In this document: piece by piece, positions 51,593-61,551 of the stretch | Layout of the letters: every line of letters begins with the position of its first letter | How positions within the stretch are numbered: position 1 is the first letter of the stretch | Origin: a virus | Length of the DNA stretch: 64,000 nt | Virus record (IMG/VR): IMGVR_UViG_3300013108_000188 | Strand: one strand, 5' to 3' | Made by a program: the position numbers and the translations under genes | Notes under the pieces: model-generated | The model's input: the letters and a program-made list of their open reading frames with translations, nothing else | The model's database searches: none | What the model was told of the DNA's origin: nothing

Positions 51593-54580
51593 CTATGCGT
51601 GATAATCTATTCTTGGATTTACATCAATCTTGTCAGATTTTGTACCGTTATCAGTTTTTTTCTTTTCAGGTTCTTTTGTTTGTATATTCATAGGGTCAGT
51701 CTTTTGGGTAGGTTCCTGGGACTTCGGTAATATATCTGTATTATTATCACTTTCTTTCTTTGCTTTTTTAGCAACTAAAGTTTCCCATTTCTTTTTAGCA
51801 GGATGATTTTTATTTTCTATACCAAGTTTCTTTTTAGTTTGATTAGTTGCAACAGCATATCTTACACTATCACCTTTCTTCTTACCATACTGGTCTCTAA
51901 AAGATTTCTTTGGTAGTTCATCAGCTTTCTTATGTACTTTTTTAACTTGCGATTTTGTTAAGTCAGATTCAACTGCTCTTTTAGGTCTAATTCTAATTTC
52001 TTTTAATTTTTTACCACCTTCAGGTTCTTTTTCTGCAACTCTATATCCAAATCTATATTTTGGTTTTCTACTTCTAGCAAAACTACCTTGTCTTGTAGAT
52101 GTATTAGCACCACCTCTTTCATCAAGTTCTTTTTCTTCTTGTTTCTTTTCTTTTGGAATCTTATTATCTTTATCTGGCACACAATTAGGTACTTGTTTTC
52201 CACCTTTGTTTTTCATACCAACCTTTGTATATCCGTCCCAACACGCTTCACCTATTTCTTTATCTTCGTTGGCAGTTTTTAATGCTCTTGCAATAGTAGA
52301 TACTTTAGATAAATCTTTAGCAATCTTTTCTATTTCTCTTACTGCACCACTATAATTACCATCACTCTTTACAGCAATTTTCATTGCCTTTGCAACTTTA
52401 TCAGGACCATATCTTATAGGGTCAGGTGTTGCTTCTTGTAATTTGTTTCTTAAAGATTTAAATGTTTCTTTAACAATTGCTATTTTTTTAGTCTTTCTTA
52501 AATCACCAGTTTTATACCACTTAATAAATTTTTCTGCTTCTGCTTTAGTTTTATATGTACCGTGTATAAATTTACCACCATCCATTTTAGTTATCTGTAC
52601 AGAAAACGCTTCGTTTTGATTCATTAATGAATAGTAACCTGTTTGATTACCATACATCTTTTTAAATGTAGCAGGTTCTTTTTTCGCAATTAAGTCCATT
52701 ACATATTCTCTTGGAGAAGTATCACTAGCTTTTAAATGCTTTTTCAACTCAGCATATTTTTTAGCTTTTAATAAGTCAACAGACTTTTGGAACATCTGTT
52801 TATCCATACCACCTTTTGCTACTTTCTTTTGTAATTCAACAGCAGCATTTTCTTCTAATTCGTTTTCTTCTTTAGGTACACAATTTGGTACTTCTTTACC
52901 ATCTTTCTTTTTCATACCTATCATTTCATAATCTTTCCAACAAGGGTCTTTCTTGTCTTCTCCAACATCTTTTATTAAAAGTGTTTTAATACCTGCGTCA
53001 GATTTTAATCCAACTTCATCTTTGTATCTTCGTATTGCTTCTTTTTCATTTTTGCCTTCAACTTCCCAAGTCTTTTTACTAGGGTGTGAAACTCTATAAA
53101 CTTGTACACTTTCTTTAACTTCGTCTTTTTCTTTATCTGCTTTATCTTTTAAAAGTTTATGTGCTAAACCAACCGTTAAAGGTACTTCACCTGTCTCTTT
53201 GTTAGGCATTGGTTTAACTGCTTTGTTCTTTTCGTTTTCTAATTTTGTTCTTAACTGATTAATTTGACCTTGAGCAGCGATTAATTGTTTTTCTAAAGTG
53301 TCTGTATCTTTTTCTTTTGCAAGTTTAATTTTATCAACATCTTTTTCTTTAGTTTCTGTTGATGTTTTATCTTTCATAGCTTCAATAGATTTTTTAGGTT
53401 CTTCTTTCTCCTCAACTACACCAGTTTTACCTGTTCTTAATTTAGCATCCACAGGTGGATTGTATCTTCCCATTTTATCTATAGTGAAACCTTTTTTTCT
53501 TAACTTCTGTGCTTTGTTTTGAATATCTGATAAACTATCTCCACCTTCAAATCCATAATGTTTTCCATACTGACTATATGAAATCATATATGGTTGGATT
53601 TTTTCTTCTATTGGAGTTCTTTCGCCTGAAGTTTCTACTCCTGCAATGTTCCAAGCACTATCGTCCTGTTCTTTTGTTAGTACTCTTACATCATCGCCAT
53701 ACTTAGCAACAACTTGTTTGTGGATACTTTCTACATCTTTCGCACTATCAATTCTAACTTCTGAACCATCTGCGTTAGCTTCTCCACCACCAGTTTTACC
53801 TTTAAACATATTAGCAATAGCTTTTGCTTGACTAGAATTCTTTGCCATATATTCTATGTACTCAGCATACTCTACAAACAACCACTCTTTGTTTTCAGTT
53901 TTTAAATGAGACCTAGTTGCCAATTGCATATCTAAAATCTTTTTCATATTACCTGATAGTTCAATACCATCTGGAATATCTTTTACTTTTAATCCGTGTT
54001 GTTTCGCCAAAGAAACCATATTATCTTTTTCTTTTTTATTAGCGAAACCTCTAATAGTTCCTTTACCTTCTTCTACTTGTACAGCAGCATTAGCATTTTT
54101 TTCTTTAGTTGATTCTGTTAATTGTTCCCAAGTTTGTTCTTTAAAGGAAGATAATCTAACTCCTTTAGGTACTTGTATACCTTTCTTAATCATACGACTT
54201 AATGCCATAGTAGAAAGGAATGGAATATCTGCTTTGTATAATTTTGGTAGTTGTGAATTTGTTATCTTGTCAAAGATATTTCTTAATTGGTTTGCTCTCG
54301 CAAGTGAAATCTTAGCACCTTTTAAACTAGCGTAATCTTGTTTAAGTTTAGCAATTTGTCCATCTGAAAATTCCCACAACATTGCTTCAGCAATGTCTTC
54401 TTCTCCAAGTATAGTTTTAACCGTTGAGAGAGGTAGTTTCATTTTCTTTGCTATTTCGCTTGCTGATTTACCGTCAGCGAACATAGTAGCGATAGTTTTC
54501 ATCTTGCCTTCGTCCAATGTTATATCATTAGCCCAGACTTCTTCCATTGCCTCTCGCATTGATTTTGTATATCTTGTCAT
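51593..54580 (-). CDS. large Lys/Glu-rich modular protein, probable processed internal head protein
   Basis: 995 aa; many hydrophobic-x-E sites; duplicated CW..Y...GMK.K.GK.VPNCVP module. Confidence 0.6.
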   Translation of the reverse strand: MTRYTKSMREAMEEVWANDITLDEGKMKTIATMFADGKSASEIAKKMKLPLSTVKTILGEEDIAEAMLWEFSDGQIAKLKQDYASLKGAKISLARANQLRNIFDKITNSQLPKLYKADIPFLSTMALSRMIKKGIQVPKGVRLSSFKEQTWEQLTESTKEKNANAAVQVEEGKGTIRGFANKKEKDNMVSLAKQHGLKVKDIPDGIELSGNMKKILDMQLATRSHLKTENKEWLFVEYAEYIEYMAKNSSQAKAIANMFKGKTGGGEANADGSEVRIDSAKDVESIHKQVVAKYGDDVRVLTKEQDDSAWNIAGVETSGERTPIEEKIQPYMISYSQYGKHYGFEGGDSLSDIQNKAQKLRKKGFTIDKMGRYNPPVDAKLRTGKTGVVEEKEEPKKSIEAMKDKTSTETKEKDVDKIKLAKEKDTDTLEKQLIAAQGQINQLRTKLENEKNKAVKPMPNKETGEVPLTVGLAHKLLKDKADKEKDEVKESVQVYRVSHPSKKTWEVEGKNEKEAIRRYKDEVGLKSDAGIKTLLIKDVGEDKKDPCWKDYEMIGMKKKDGKEVPNCVPKEENELEENAAVELQKKVAKGGMDKQMFQKSVDLLKAKKYAELKKHLKASDTSPREYVMDLIAKKEPATFKKMYGNQTGYYSLMNQNEAFSVQITKMDGGKFIHGTYKTKAEAEKFIKWYKTGDLRKTKKIAIVKETFKSLRNKLQEATPDPIRYGPDKVAKAMKIAVKSDGNYSGAVREIEKIAKDLSKVSTIARALKTANEDKEIGEACWDGYTKVGMKNKGGKQVPNCVPDKDNKIPKEKKQEEKELDERGGANTSTRQGSFARSRKPKYRFGYRVAEKEPEGGKKLKEIRIRPKRAVESDLTKSQVKKVHKKADELPKKSFRDQYGKKKGDSVRYAVATNQTKKKLGIENKNHPAKKKWETLVAKKAKKESDNNTDILPKSQEPTQKTDPMNIQTKEPEKKKTDNGTKSDKIDVNPRIDYHA

Positions 54581-54585
54581 ATTAT

Positions 54586-56724
54586 TTAATCCCCTTGCGA
54601 ATTATTAAATTGTTTGAAAGATTGAACCTTTAAGCGTTCTTCCATCTTATTCGTTGCTTCTTCTAGTTCTTTCTCCCAATCTTCTCCGTATCTTGTCTTA
54701 TATTTATCAATAGTCTCACTTGAAGCAGCCCAATTCTTTATGTCTTCTTTGTCTATTTTTTCTGCCGATTGTTCTGCTCTCGTCTTACTATCTACTGGTT
54801 TCTCACTTGGCGTCTCTCCAGGTGTAATTTCTTTAGTATGATTAGCGTAATCTTTGCCTATTTCATACGATTCTTCTCGTTTTTTTATATCTTCATATGT
54901 CTTCTGTTTATTCATTTTGACTTCCGTTTCCGATACTGCTTCAAAACCATAATCAACATCTAGGTTGTGTTCGTGTAGTTTAACTTCATCTACATTACTA
55001 ACTGGTAGACAATTCCATATCCAACATTTGTGTAAGTTAGATTCTTTATCTTCTAGTACAATATAGTTTGTACTTCTACGGATTACTTTACCTGTTACCT
55101 CTTGTATGGTATCATTTACAATATCATTTGTGTTAAATAATTGTTCACGGATATACAAGTCTCTAATTTGCCATTGAGTAAATCTTTCTACGATTACTTT
55201 TTTCTTTGCTGTAGGATTAATATCAGCACTTGGAGCGTATGTTCCAAGTCCTGCACCTGTTGTATTTTCTAGGTTCATTCCTTTTCTTACTAATTTAAAT
55301 AGTCCATCTTTATCTCTATATGATACAGGTAGACCTCTTTTAAAACTTTGTAAATCGTTTTTGCTAGCGGCGTCTCGCATTTTACTTGCTGACATTCCCA
55401 TAGCTCCTTCAGCGTCTGGATCTCTTTCACCAGCACTTACTACATTAATTTTATCAAACTTGTAATTAGTTCCTCTTGCTTTTACTCCGTTATATTTTTT
55501 TAGAAGAGTATCAAATTCTCTTACTCGGTCACTTCCTACGACCATAGTTATTTGATTTGCTTTTCCATTTAGATTATTTAAAACTTCCATTGCTGTTCTA
55601 GCACCTGGGATTTGTTTTATCTTTGATGAGTGTCTAGGAAACATCTGTTTCATTATTCTCAACTTGTCAGTAATCTTTAATGGGTTTTTCTTTGCGTCTG
55701 TTGTTTTAGTAGGTATGATTAAGTAATCATTAGCACTAACACTTGCCACTTTATTAATAAGTTTTTCGTGTCCTATTGTAGGTGGATTAAATCTACCAAA
55801 TGTAAATGCTATATGTTTTTTAGGTGAACCTACTGCTTCTTTAAGACTATCAATTTCGGCGTCTGTAACCTTGCCGTCATCTAAAATCTTTTTACATTTC
55901 TTATAAAATTTTAAGTAGTGATATTTTTCTAACATCTTATAGATTACATTTTTAGGTAATCTATTTTTAATACCATACTTTCTAATTTCATCTGGCGACA
56001 TATCTTTATCAAACGCTGCTCTTCTATCTGCGTCAACATCATCGCCTATTTTTATTATGTCCTTTATACTATCTTCTATCTCTTTAAGTTTCTTTTCTAT
56101 TTTACTTTGTAAGTTTTCTATATCGTTAGGACCTAATTCTTTTAATTCGTCATAGTCAATTATATCTCTTTTTAATTCTCCTTTGACTACATCTAATTCT
56201 TGTACTTTTCTATTGAAGTCTTTGATATAATCATTTACATTGAAAACAAAATCTGCTGGTCTCTTTATAAATTTATTTTTTCTTATATCAAAACTTGCGT
56301 CTGCCTTTTCTTGTTGGTCATCATATATTTTTGGATCCGCTATCATAAAATAGTTAATCGGATGCTTCGTACCTGGTATTAATTTACCTTGTACATTTTT
56401 TGGATTAGATGAAGATATAAACTTCATAACTAATCTTTCTCTTTCTGCTGGTCTATCTTTATCTTCAGGTATATCAAACAATACATTGATGTCCAAGTCT
56501 GCGTCATCACGGTATCTCTTTGTTAAGATAGAACCAATTAATCCTATTTTAATTACAGGATATTCTTTTGCAAAAACTTTTATTTGGTCTTCTATTTGTT
56601 TAACAACACTCGGTTTAAGTTTTGGATTCTTTGTATCAGCGTCATCAAATACACCAGGAGCATATGTTCGTCTTGGTATATCTATGATACTTTCTTTTAT
56701 AAAATTTTTAAATCTACTTAACAT
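54586..56724 (-). CDS. fusion: Pol-beta-type nucleotidyltransferase + HxGH cytidylyltransferase-like domain
   Basis: IGSIL...DADLDINV; FTFGRFNPPTIGHEKL, MVVGSDRV, SASKMR. Confidence 0.8.
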   Translation of the reverse strand: MLSRFKNFIKESIIDIPRRTYAPGVFDDADTKNPKLKPSVVKQIEDQIKVFAKEYPVIKIGLIGSILTKRYRDDADLDINVLFDIPEDKDRPAERERLVMKFISSSNPKNVQGKLIPGTKHPINYFMIADPKIYDDQQEKADASFDIRKNKFIKRPADFVFNVNDYIKDFNRKVQELDVVKGELKRDIIDYDELKELGPNDIENLQSKIEKKLKEIEDSIKDIIKIGDDVDADRRAAFDKDMSPDEIRKYGIKNRLPKNVIYKMLEKYHYLKFYKKCKKILDDGKVTDAEIDSLKEAVGSPKKHIAFTFGRFNPPTIGHEKLINKVASVSANDYLIIPTKTTDAKKNPLKITDKLRIMKQMFPRHSSKIKQIPGARTAMEVLNNLNGKANQITMVVGSDRVREFDTLLKKYNGVKARGTNYKFDKINVVSAGERDPDAEGAMGMSASKMRDAASKNDLQSFKRGLPVSYRDKDGLFKLVRKGMNLENTTGAGLGTYAPSADINPTAKKKVIVERFTQWQIRDLYIREQLFNTNDIVNDTIQEVTGKVIRRSTNYIVLEDKESNLHKCWIWNCLPVSNVDEVKLHEHNLDVDYGFEAVSETEVKMNKQKTYEDIKKREESYEIGKDYANHTKEITPGETPSEKPVDSKTRAEQSAEKIDKEDIKNWAASSETIDKYKTRYGEDWEKELEEATNKMEERLKVQSFKQFNNSQGD

Positions 56725-57553
56725 TAAGTCCTCGTTGTTTTATAAGATTCATAAATGCTTTTGGGTCTTGTTGTTTTAATTTAAATAAAAATGGATTTGC
56801 ACTATAAGGATTTGTCATATCTTTTCTAGCTTTAATATCTTTGTCAAGTTGTTTAATAGCATCCGCTGTAAGTTTTGCTAATGCTGTTTGTTTTTTAGTA
56901 TCTAATTGTATTTGCATCCATCTTTTTGCTACTATACTTCTAACAGGTGCTCTTACTAATCCTCTAACTCTACCCCATAATTTATTTAATATATCTTCAT
57001 TTGCATTATTATTATCTACTACAATAAAATTACTTCTACCAAAAGAAGTTTGAAATTTTCCAATATTATTTTGTACGGTTTGCCAACTCTTTCTAGTAAT
57101 ATCTTCTGGCACTCTTCTAGTTCTAGTTCTATTTCTTTCTAACGCAACTTCTAAACTTGTATTAACAAATATCATATAGCAATCATAACCTAACATTTGT
57201 AGTAATGATTTCTGTCTACTGATAATACTATAATCTCTTCCTGTTGCGTCAATAACAAGACCTAATCTACCTTGAATATATAAATCCATTTGGTCGCCTG
57301 TAACCTTTTTTGCTTTTGCTCTTAATGGGTCTCTTAAAGCAGCTTCTTTATCAGGCATTTTTAAACTTAATCCTGCCTTTGTTAAATATCTTTCAAATCT
57401 TGTATCTGAATTAACTAACTTCAAACCCATACCACCAGTTGACCTGTTGGTTACATAAGTCTTACCACTACCAGGTCCACCTGCAAGGAAAAATGCCTTG
57501 AATATACCTGGGTCATAAACGCCTTCTTGTATTACTTGTTTAAATAATTTCAT
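56714..57553 (-). CDS. P-loop kinase (zeta-toxin/PNK-like)
   Basis: FLAGGPGSGKT, VNSD, VIDATG, ALERN..R.R. Confidence 0.8.
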   Translation of the reverse strand: MKLFKQVIQEGVYDPGIFKAFFLAGGPGSGKTYVTNRSTGGMGLKLVNSDTRFERYLTKAGLSLKMPDKEAALRDPLRAKAKKVTGDQMDLYIQGRLGLVIDATGRDYSIISRQKSLLQMLGYDCYMIFVNTSLEVALERNRTRTRRVPEDITRKSWQTVQNNIGKFQTSFGRSNFIVVDNNNANEDILNKLWGRVRGLVRAPVRSIVAKRWMQIQLDTKKQTALAKLTADAIKQLDKDIKARKDMTNPYSANPFLFKLKQQDPKAFMNLIKQRGLNVK

Positions 57554-57840
57554 ACTTTATAAAAAGTGTACTTTAATGTTAACTCTTCTCCCTTTTTAAT
57601 ATCTCTTAATGTTTGTAGATACCATTTATTATCTACTTCAATCTTTTGACAATTTGGTTTCTCACTATGATTAATAAAACCTCCTAATGGAGTTCTATAC
57701 AATTCTCTTCCAATTTTGATATGACTTATACCTAAATCATCCATCTTGTCAAACTTTTTTGTAGCAAATAAACCTTGTTCGTGTATTTTGCTATCTTGTA
57801 TTCTTAATCCATCTGGTAATGGTTTATATTTTTCCATCAA
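57550..57840 (-). CDS. SET-domain methyltransferase
   Basis: S.IH..GLFA, GFINHSEKPNC, RDIKKGEELTLKY. Confidence 0.85.
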   Translation of the reverse strand: MMEKYKPLPDGLRIQDSKIHEQGLFATKKFDKMDDLGISHIKIGRELYRTPLGGFINHSEKPNCQKIEVDNKWYLQTLRDIKKGEELTLKYTFYKV

Positions 57841-58423
57841 TCTCTTTCATTATATCTTTAGCTATATCTCCTGCTTCTTTTCCTTCTGCTTTGATAGAAA
57901 TAAAACCAGGTTTCTTTCTAAAGTGGTCTATCGCTGGACCAGTTTCTTTTTTATAGAGAGCAATCCTATCTGATATAATCTTTGGTGTATCATCTTTTCT
58001 TCCTCTCTTTGATAATCTTCTAATCACTTCTTCTTTTGAAACATCTAGGAATACAACTACATCATAACCAATTCCTTCTCGTTCCATATCTCTAACTTGT
58101 TGCATATATCTAGGATAGCCATCCATAATATAACCTTTTTTAGCGTCAGGTTCTAATAATGCTTCCTTAATAAGTTTTAAAACTATTTCGTTTGGTGCAA
58201 ATTGTCCTTTATCTAATAAGTTTTTAATTTTTTCTGCTTCTGCACCACCTTTATCTATCTCTTTTCTTAATAGACCACCTGGATAAATATGTTTTATTCC
58301 ATATCGTCTAATCAAATATTCTGAATAGGTTGACTTACCACTTCCAGGTCCACCCATAATAATAATTCTTGTTTGTTTGTCTTCAAGTAATTGTTGTTCG
58401 TAAAAATTTCTAAATGTTTTCAT
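57824..58423 (-). CDS. adk: adenylate kinase family protein
   Basis: GGPGSGKST, G.LLRKEI, DGYPR..QV, RLSKRGRKDD. Confidence 0.88.
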   Translation of the reverse strand: MKTFRNFYEQQLLEDKQTRIIIMGGPGSGKSTYSEYLIRRYGIKHIYPGGLLRKEIDKGGAEAEKIKNLLDKGQFAPNEIVLKLIKEALLEPDAKKGYIMDGYPRYMQQVRDMEREGIGYDVVVFLDVSKEEVIRRLSKRGRKDDTPKIISDRIALYKKETGPAIDHFRKKPGFISIKAEGKEAGDIAKDIMKEIDGKI

Positions 58424-58558
58424 TTATTCTCCATTAAACTCATCTTCGTTAAAAGGTCGTTTCCCACAACTACAATCATCACATACACACACGCCATATT
58501 CATCTGCGTGTAGTTCTTCGTTGCAATGACAATCGTGGTGACAATTTTTACACTTCAT
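58424..58558 (-). CDS. metallothionein-like Cys/His-rich peptide (44 aa, not in ORF track)
   Basis: Manual translation MKCKNCHHDCHCNEELHADEYGVCVCDDCSCGKRPFNEDEFNGE; exactly fills the gap between two genes. Confidence 0.7.
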   Translation of the reverse strand: MKCKNCHHDCHCNEELHADEYGVCVCDDCSCGKRPFNEDEFNGE

Positions 58559-58842
58559 TAACTTTTAACCTTACTACTTGCTCTCCATTGATAACAACTC
58601 CAGTATCTTGCTTTCCATTTAGGTCCTGGATTATCACAATTATGTCTTGCTCTAAATGACGCTCTTCTGTCTTCGCTATCTCTTTTAATTTCCATATTAG
58701 GATCGCCAAAAGTTACCTTAACTACTTTACCTGATCCGTTCTTAACATAAACACCAAACTTTTTTGAATTGCCTGAAGGCAATCTAAAAGGTTTATTTAA
58801 TGTCTTTTTTACTTCTGCTGATTTTTCTTCGTATGTTTTCAT
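58558..58842 (-). CDS. small basic protein (DUF6321-like)
   Basis: KKF.VYVK..G.V.KV.FG, RR.SF.ARH.C, ARYWSC; start MKTYEE. Confidence 0.7.
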   Translation of the reverse strand: MKTYEEKSAEVKKTLNKPFRLPSGNSKKFGVYVKNGSGKVVKVTFGDPNMEIKRDSEDRRASFRARHNCDNPGPKWKARYWSCYQWRASSKVKS

Positions 58843-60059
58843 TATCCTTTTACCCAATCTTTAGCGATAGTAAAGTTTGCTCTACTAAATTCTAATCTAT
58901 CTACTAACTTAACTACATTACCTATTCTATCAGTAGCAACAAATCCTTCTGGTGCTGTAACCTTATAACCACTATTAGTTCTAATAAAATGTCCAACACT
59001 TTGTATCTGTGCTAACTTCTGTAATAATATATTCTTACAATTTTGTAATGTTATATAACTTGCTATTGCCATATATAATGCTCTACTATTTCTATCTATA
59101 AACTTTAAATTTATTTCTTTTGCCTGTTTATATTTTGCTTTACCTTTTTCAGTTTTCTTACTATCTATTTCTGCGTCTATAAAGTTTTCGTAATAACTTC
59201 TAAAATTCTGTTGTAGTACTTTAACACTACCTATTGTACCTCTACTATTTCTTATAATAGAATTGAAATAACTTTTTAATCTAAACCCTACTGATAATTG
59301 GTCTCTACTATCAAACTCATTTAATAATGGAGCAGCTTTTCCTAAACTACCTTCTGCCATTCTTAACATTGCATTAAATCTAGCAATCTCACCTTTACTA
59401 AAACTAGCACTACCACTAGCGTCTTTATATTGTGCCGATGGTATCCATACTGACCCACTTTTAACACCTCTTACATATCCATAAGACGCACTTAAACTAT
59501 CCATAGTCTTACCACTATAAGATGTATGAAAAACTATTCCCATTCTTGCTCTTGCAATTTGTCTTCCCACAGGACTATCAACTGGCATTGCATATGTAAT
59601 TGTATTAGGAGTAAAAGTAATCATACTTTGTCCATCTATACTTGTAATTTTTTTATCTTCTCCTGTGAACAAACAATCACCTTGTAGTATTCCTCTAATA
59701 CCAAGTTTCTTTAGTTCTCTTAAAGCAACTTGTAATTTAGAACCAACACCACCTGGATGATTTCTTGCTATGTCTGCTGAAGTGTAATTTATTTTAGGAG
59801 TTTTATTGAATACAGATTTGGTGCCGACAAAGAATTTGCCATTTTCAGGATTGATTCCACATATAATAGCAGGTGCACCATCCCACTTAACGGTTACATT
59901 AACTTTCTTGCTAGTGCTAGCAGATAACATCTGTCGCAAAGATTTTAAAAACGCTATAGCGTTTCTGCCACCTGTGGCACCGTCATTTATTATACTATCT
60001 TCTAAATGCTCTAGGTGTGTATTTGTTCCCGAGCTAGAATATCCTTTAAAACTAAACAT
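58842..60059 (-). CDS. conserved T4-like protein (DUF6267-like) with ligase-type KxDG motif
   Basis: NTHLEHLED, TVKWDGAPA, QGD, F.PNTITY, PEGFV, KLVDRLEFS. Confidence 0.75.
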   Translation of the reverse strand: MFSFKGYSSSGTNTHLEHLEDSIINDGATGGRNAIAFLKSLRQMLSASTSKKVNVTVKWDGAPAIICGINPENGKFFVGTKSVFNKTPKINYTSADIARNHPGGVGSKLQVALRELKKLGIRGILQGDCLFTGEDKKITSIDGQSMITFTPNTITYAMPVDSPVGRQIARARMGIVFHTSYSGKTMDSLSASYGYVRGVKSGSVWIPSAQYKDASGSASFSKGEIARFNAMLRMAEGSLGKAAPLLNEFDSRDQLSVGFRLKSYFNSIIRNSRGTIGSVKVLQQNFRSYYENFIDAEIDSKKTEKGKAKYKQAKEINLKFIDRNSRALYMAIASYITLQNCKNILLQKLAQIQSVGHFIRTNSGYKVTAPEGFVATDRIGNVVKLVDRLEFSRANFTIAKDWVKG

Positions 60060-60126
60060 TTGTTCCCTTCATTTTATCCATACACAAATAAACTATCCAT
60101 CTATATACTATTCACTTCGTCTCTTA

Positions 60127-60134
60127 TATTTATA
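60127..60134 (-). promoter_or_regulatory. T4-type late promoter for the 51.6-60 kb operon
   Basis: TATAAATA. Confidence 0.7.
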
Positions 60135-60135
60135 T

Positions 60136-61524
60136 CTAATATACTTTGCATTTCTTACCCCATTGTTCTTTTAATATCTCTTTAAATTCAGGTGTTAATG
60201 TAGCTTGAAATTGAGGTTGTCCTGTAAATGAACCTTTATATCTTAATAGCATATTTAAAACATTTAATTTACCTTTTTTAAGATTAAAAAAAACTCTAGC
60301 TCCATCTGATTTTTTATTGGCTGCTTCATCTAACTCCATTACATATTTTGAATTACTTTTATTTAAAGCACTCAATCCACACATTACGGTATATAATCCT
60401 TTTGCTGGTATATGACCTATTTTAGGATTTCTATCTTTATCTATATCTCCTACAGCAGTTATCAAAGAAAAAGCAAAAGTGTGTTCATCTAACTCTTTAT
60501 ATAATTTATGTTTTAAAATTAAATTTAATAAAGCAGCGGCAAACTGCTCACTATACTTGTTTATAACTGGAACCATAGCGGAATAAACAGAATCTTTACT
60601 CGCTACTTTCCTATTGACAAACGCTCTCATACTTATCTTTTCATTTTTCAGTTCGCCAGGTTTAAATTCTCTATATTTTTTATTTGATTTATCAAAAATT
60701 TGAAAAACATTTGGGTCTGTTTGTTTGGTTGGGTTTATTAAATCAATATCACCTTTACCTTTTATGTTTATTAAGAACATTGGATCTTTAGATTTAAATA
60801 CATTTTTAACATTTCCTGACAACTTAATTTTCATAAGTTGCTCATCATTAGCAGGTAAAGTACCTTTTTTAATTTTTAGATATTTTGCTTTTACTGCTTC
60901 TCTAACAATCCTAGCAAAATACTTTGTTCTTGCCTGTTCAACTTGCTTTTTAATTTGAGCCATTGTTTTTAATTCTTTAGGAGAATCAGATTGTAGTACA
61001 CTATCAAATGCTTTGTTAATTAAAGGAGGATCCCCACTTGTTACCAATGGTTTTTTCTTTAACGAAACTCCATAAAAGGATAGTCCTTTAGGATTTCTCC
61101 ATTGAATAATTAAATCGGATGAGTTGTAAGATTGAAATCCATATGCCGCTATTTGAAATTTTTTAACTTCTTCAGGCCAACTATCTCCTGTTAAGAAAAC
61201 TTTTATAGGAATTTGTGAAGCAGTAATAGGTGTACCAGATTCCCTTGACCTTACTGGTGCCCATTCTCTAATAGAATTGGCAGCAGAAATGCCTTGAGCA
61301 GCTGCTATTAAAAAATCTTTATCATTAATATCAAATGCTTTTAAAAATTTGTCTTTTGTACCATCGGCATAGACAACTTTATTACTTTTAGCTATCTTTT
61401 CACCTTCTTTTAGAAATTTTATTAATCCGTTAGCGTCTTTAGAATATTTGAGTAAGTCGCTAGGACTCATTAACATCGCTACGGATGCCATTATTTCTGA
61501 TGGTTCTACTCCAATTTTTGCCAT
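60136..61524 (-). CDS. hypothetical protein, possible PD-(D/E)xK-type nuclease
   Basis: SSDLII...GVSLKK motif; AGGAG RBS. Confidence 0.6.
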   Translation of the reverse strand: MAKIGVEPSEIMASVAMLMSPSDLLKYSKDANGLIKFLKEGEKIAKSNKVVYADGTKDKFLKAFDINDKDFLIAAAQGISAANSIREWAPVRSRESGTPITASQIPIKVFLTGDSWPEEVKKFQIAAYGFQSYNSSDLIIQWRNPKGLSFYGVSLKKKPLVTSGDPPLINKAFDSVLQSDSPKELKTMAQIKKQVEQARTKYFARIVREAVKAKYLKIKKGTLPANDEQLMKIKLSGNVKNVFKSKDPMFLINIKGKGDIDLINPTKQTDPNVFQIFDKSNKKYREFKPGELKNEKISMRAFVNRKVASKDSVYSAMVPVINKYSEQFAAALLNLILKHKLYKELDEHTFAFSLITAVGDIDKDRNPKIGHIPAKGLYTVMCGLSALNKSNSKYVMELDEAANKKSDGARVFFNLKKGKLNVLNMLLRYKGSFTGQPQFQATLTPEFKEILKEQWGKKCKVY

Positions 61525-61543
61525 ATATTGTTTCTCCTAACAA

Positions 61544-61551
61544 TATTTATA
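61544..61551 (-). promoter_or_regulatory. T4-type late promoter abutting the tRNA CCA end
   Basis: TATAAATA. Confidence 0.65.
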
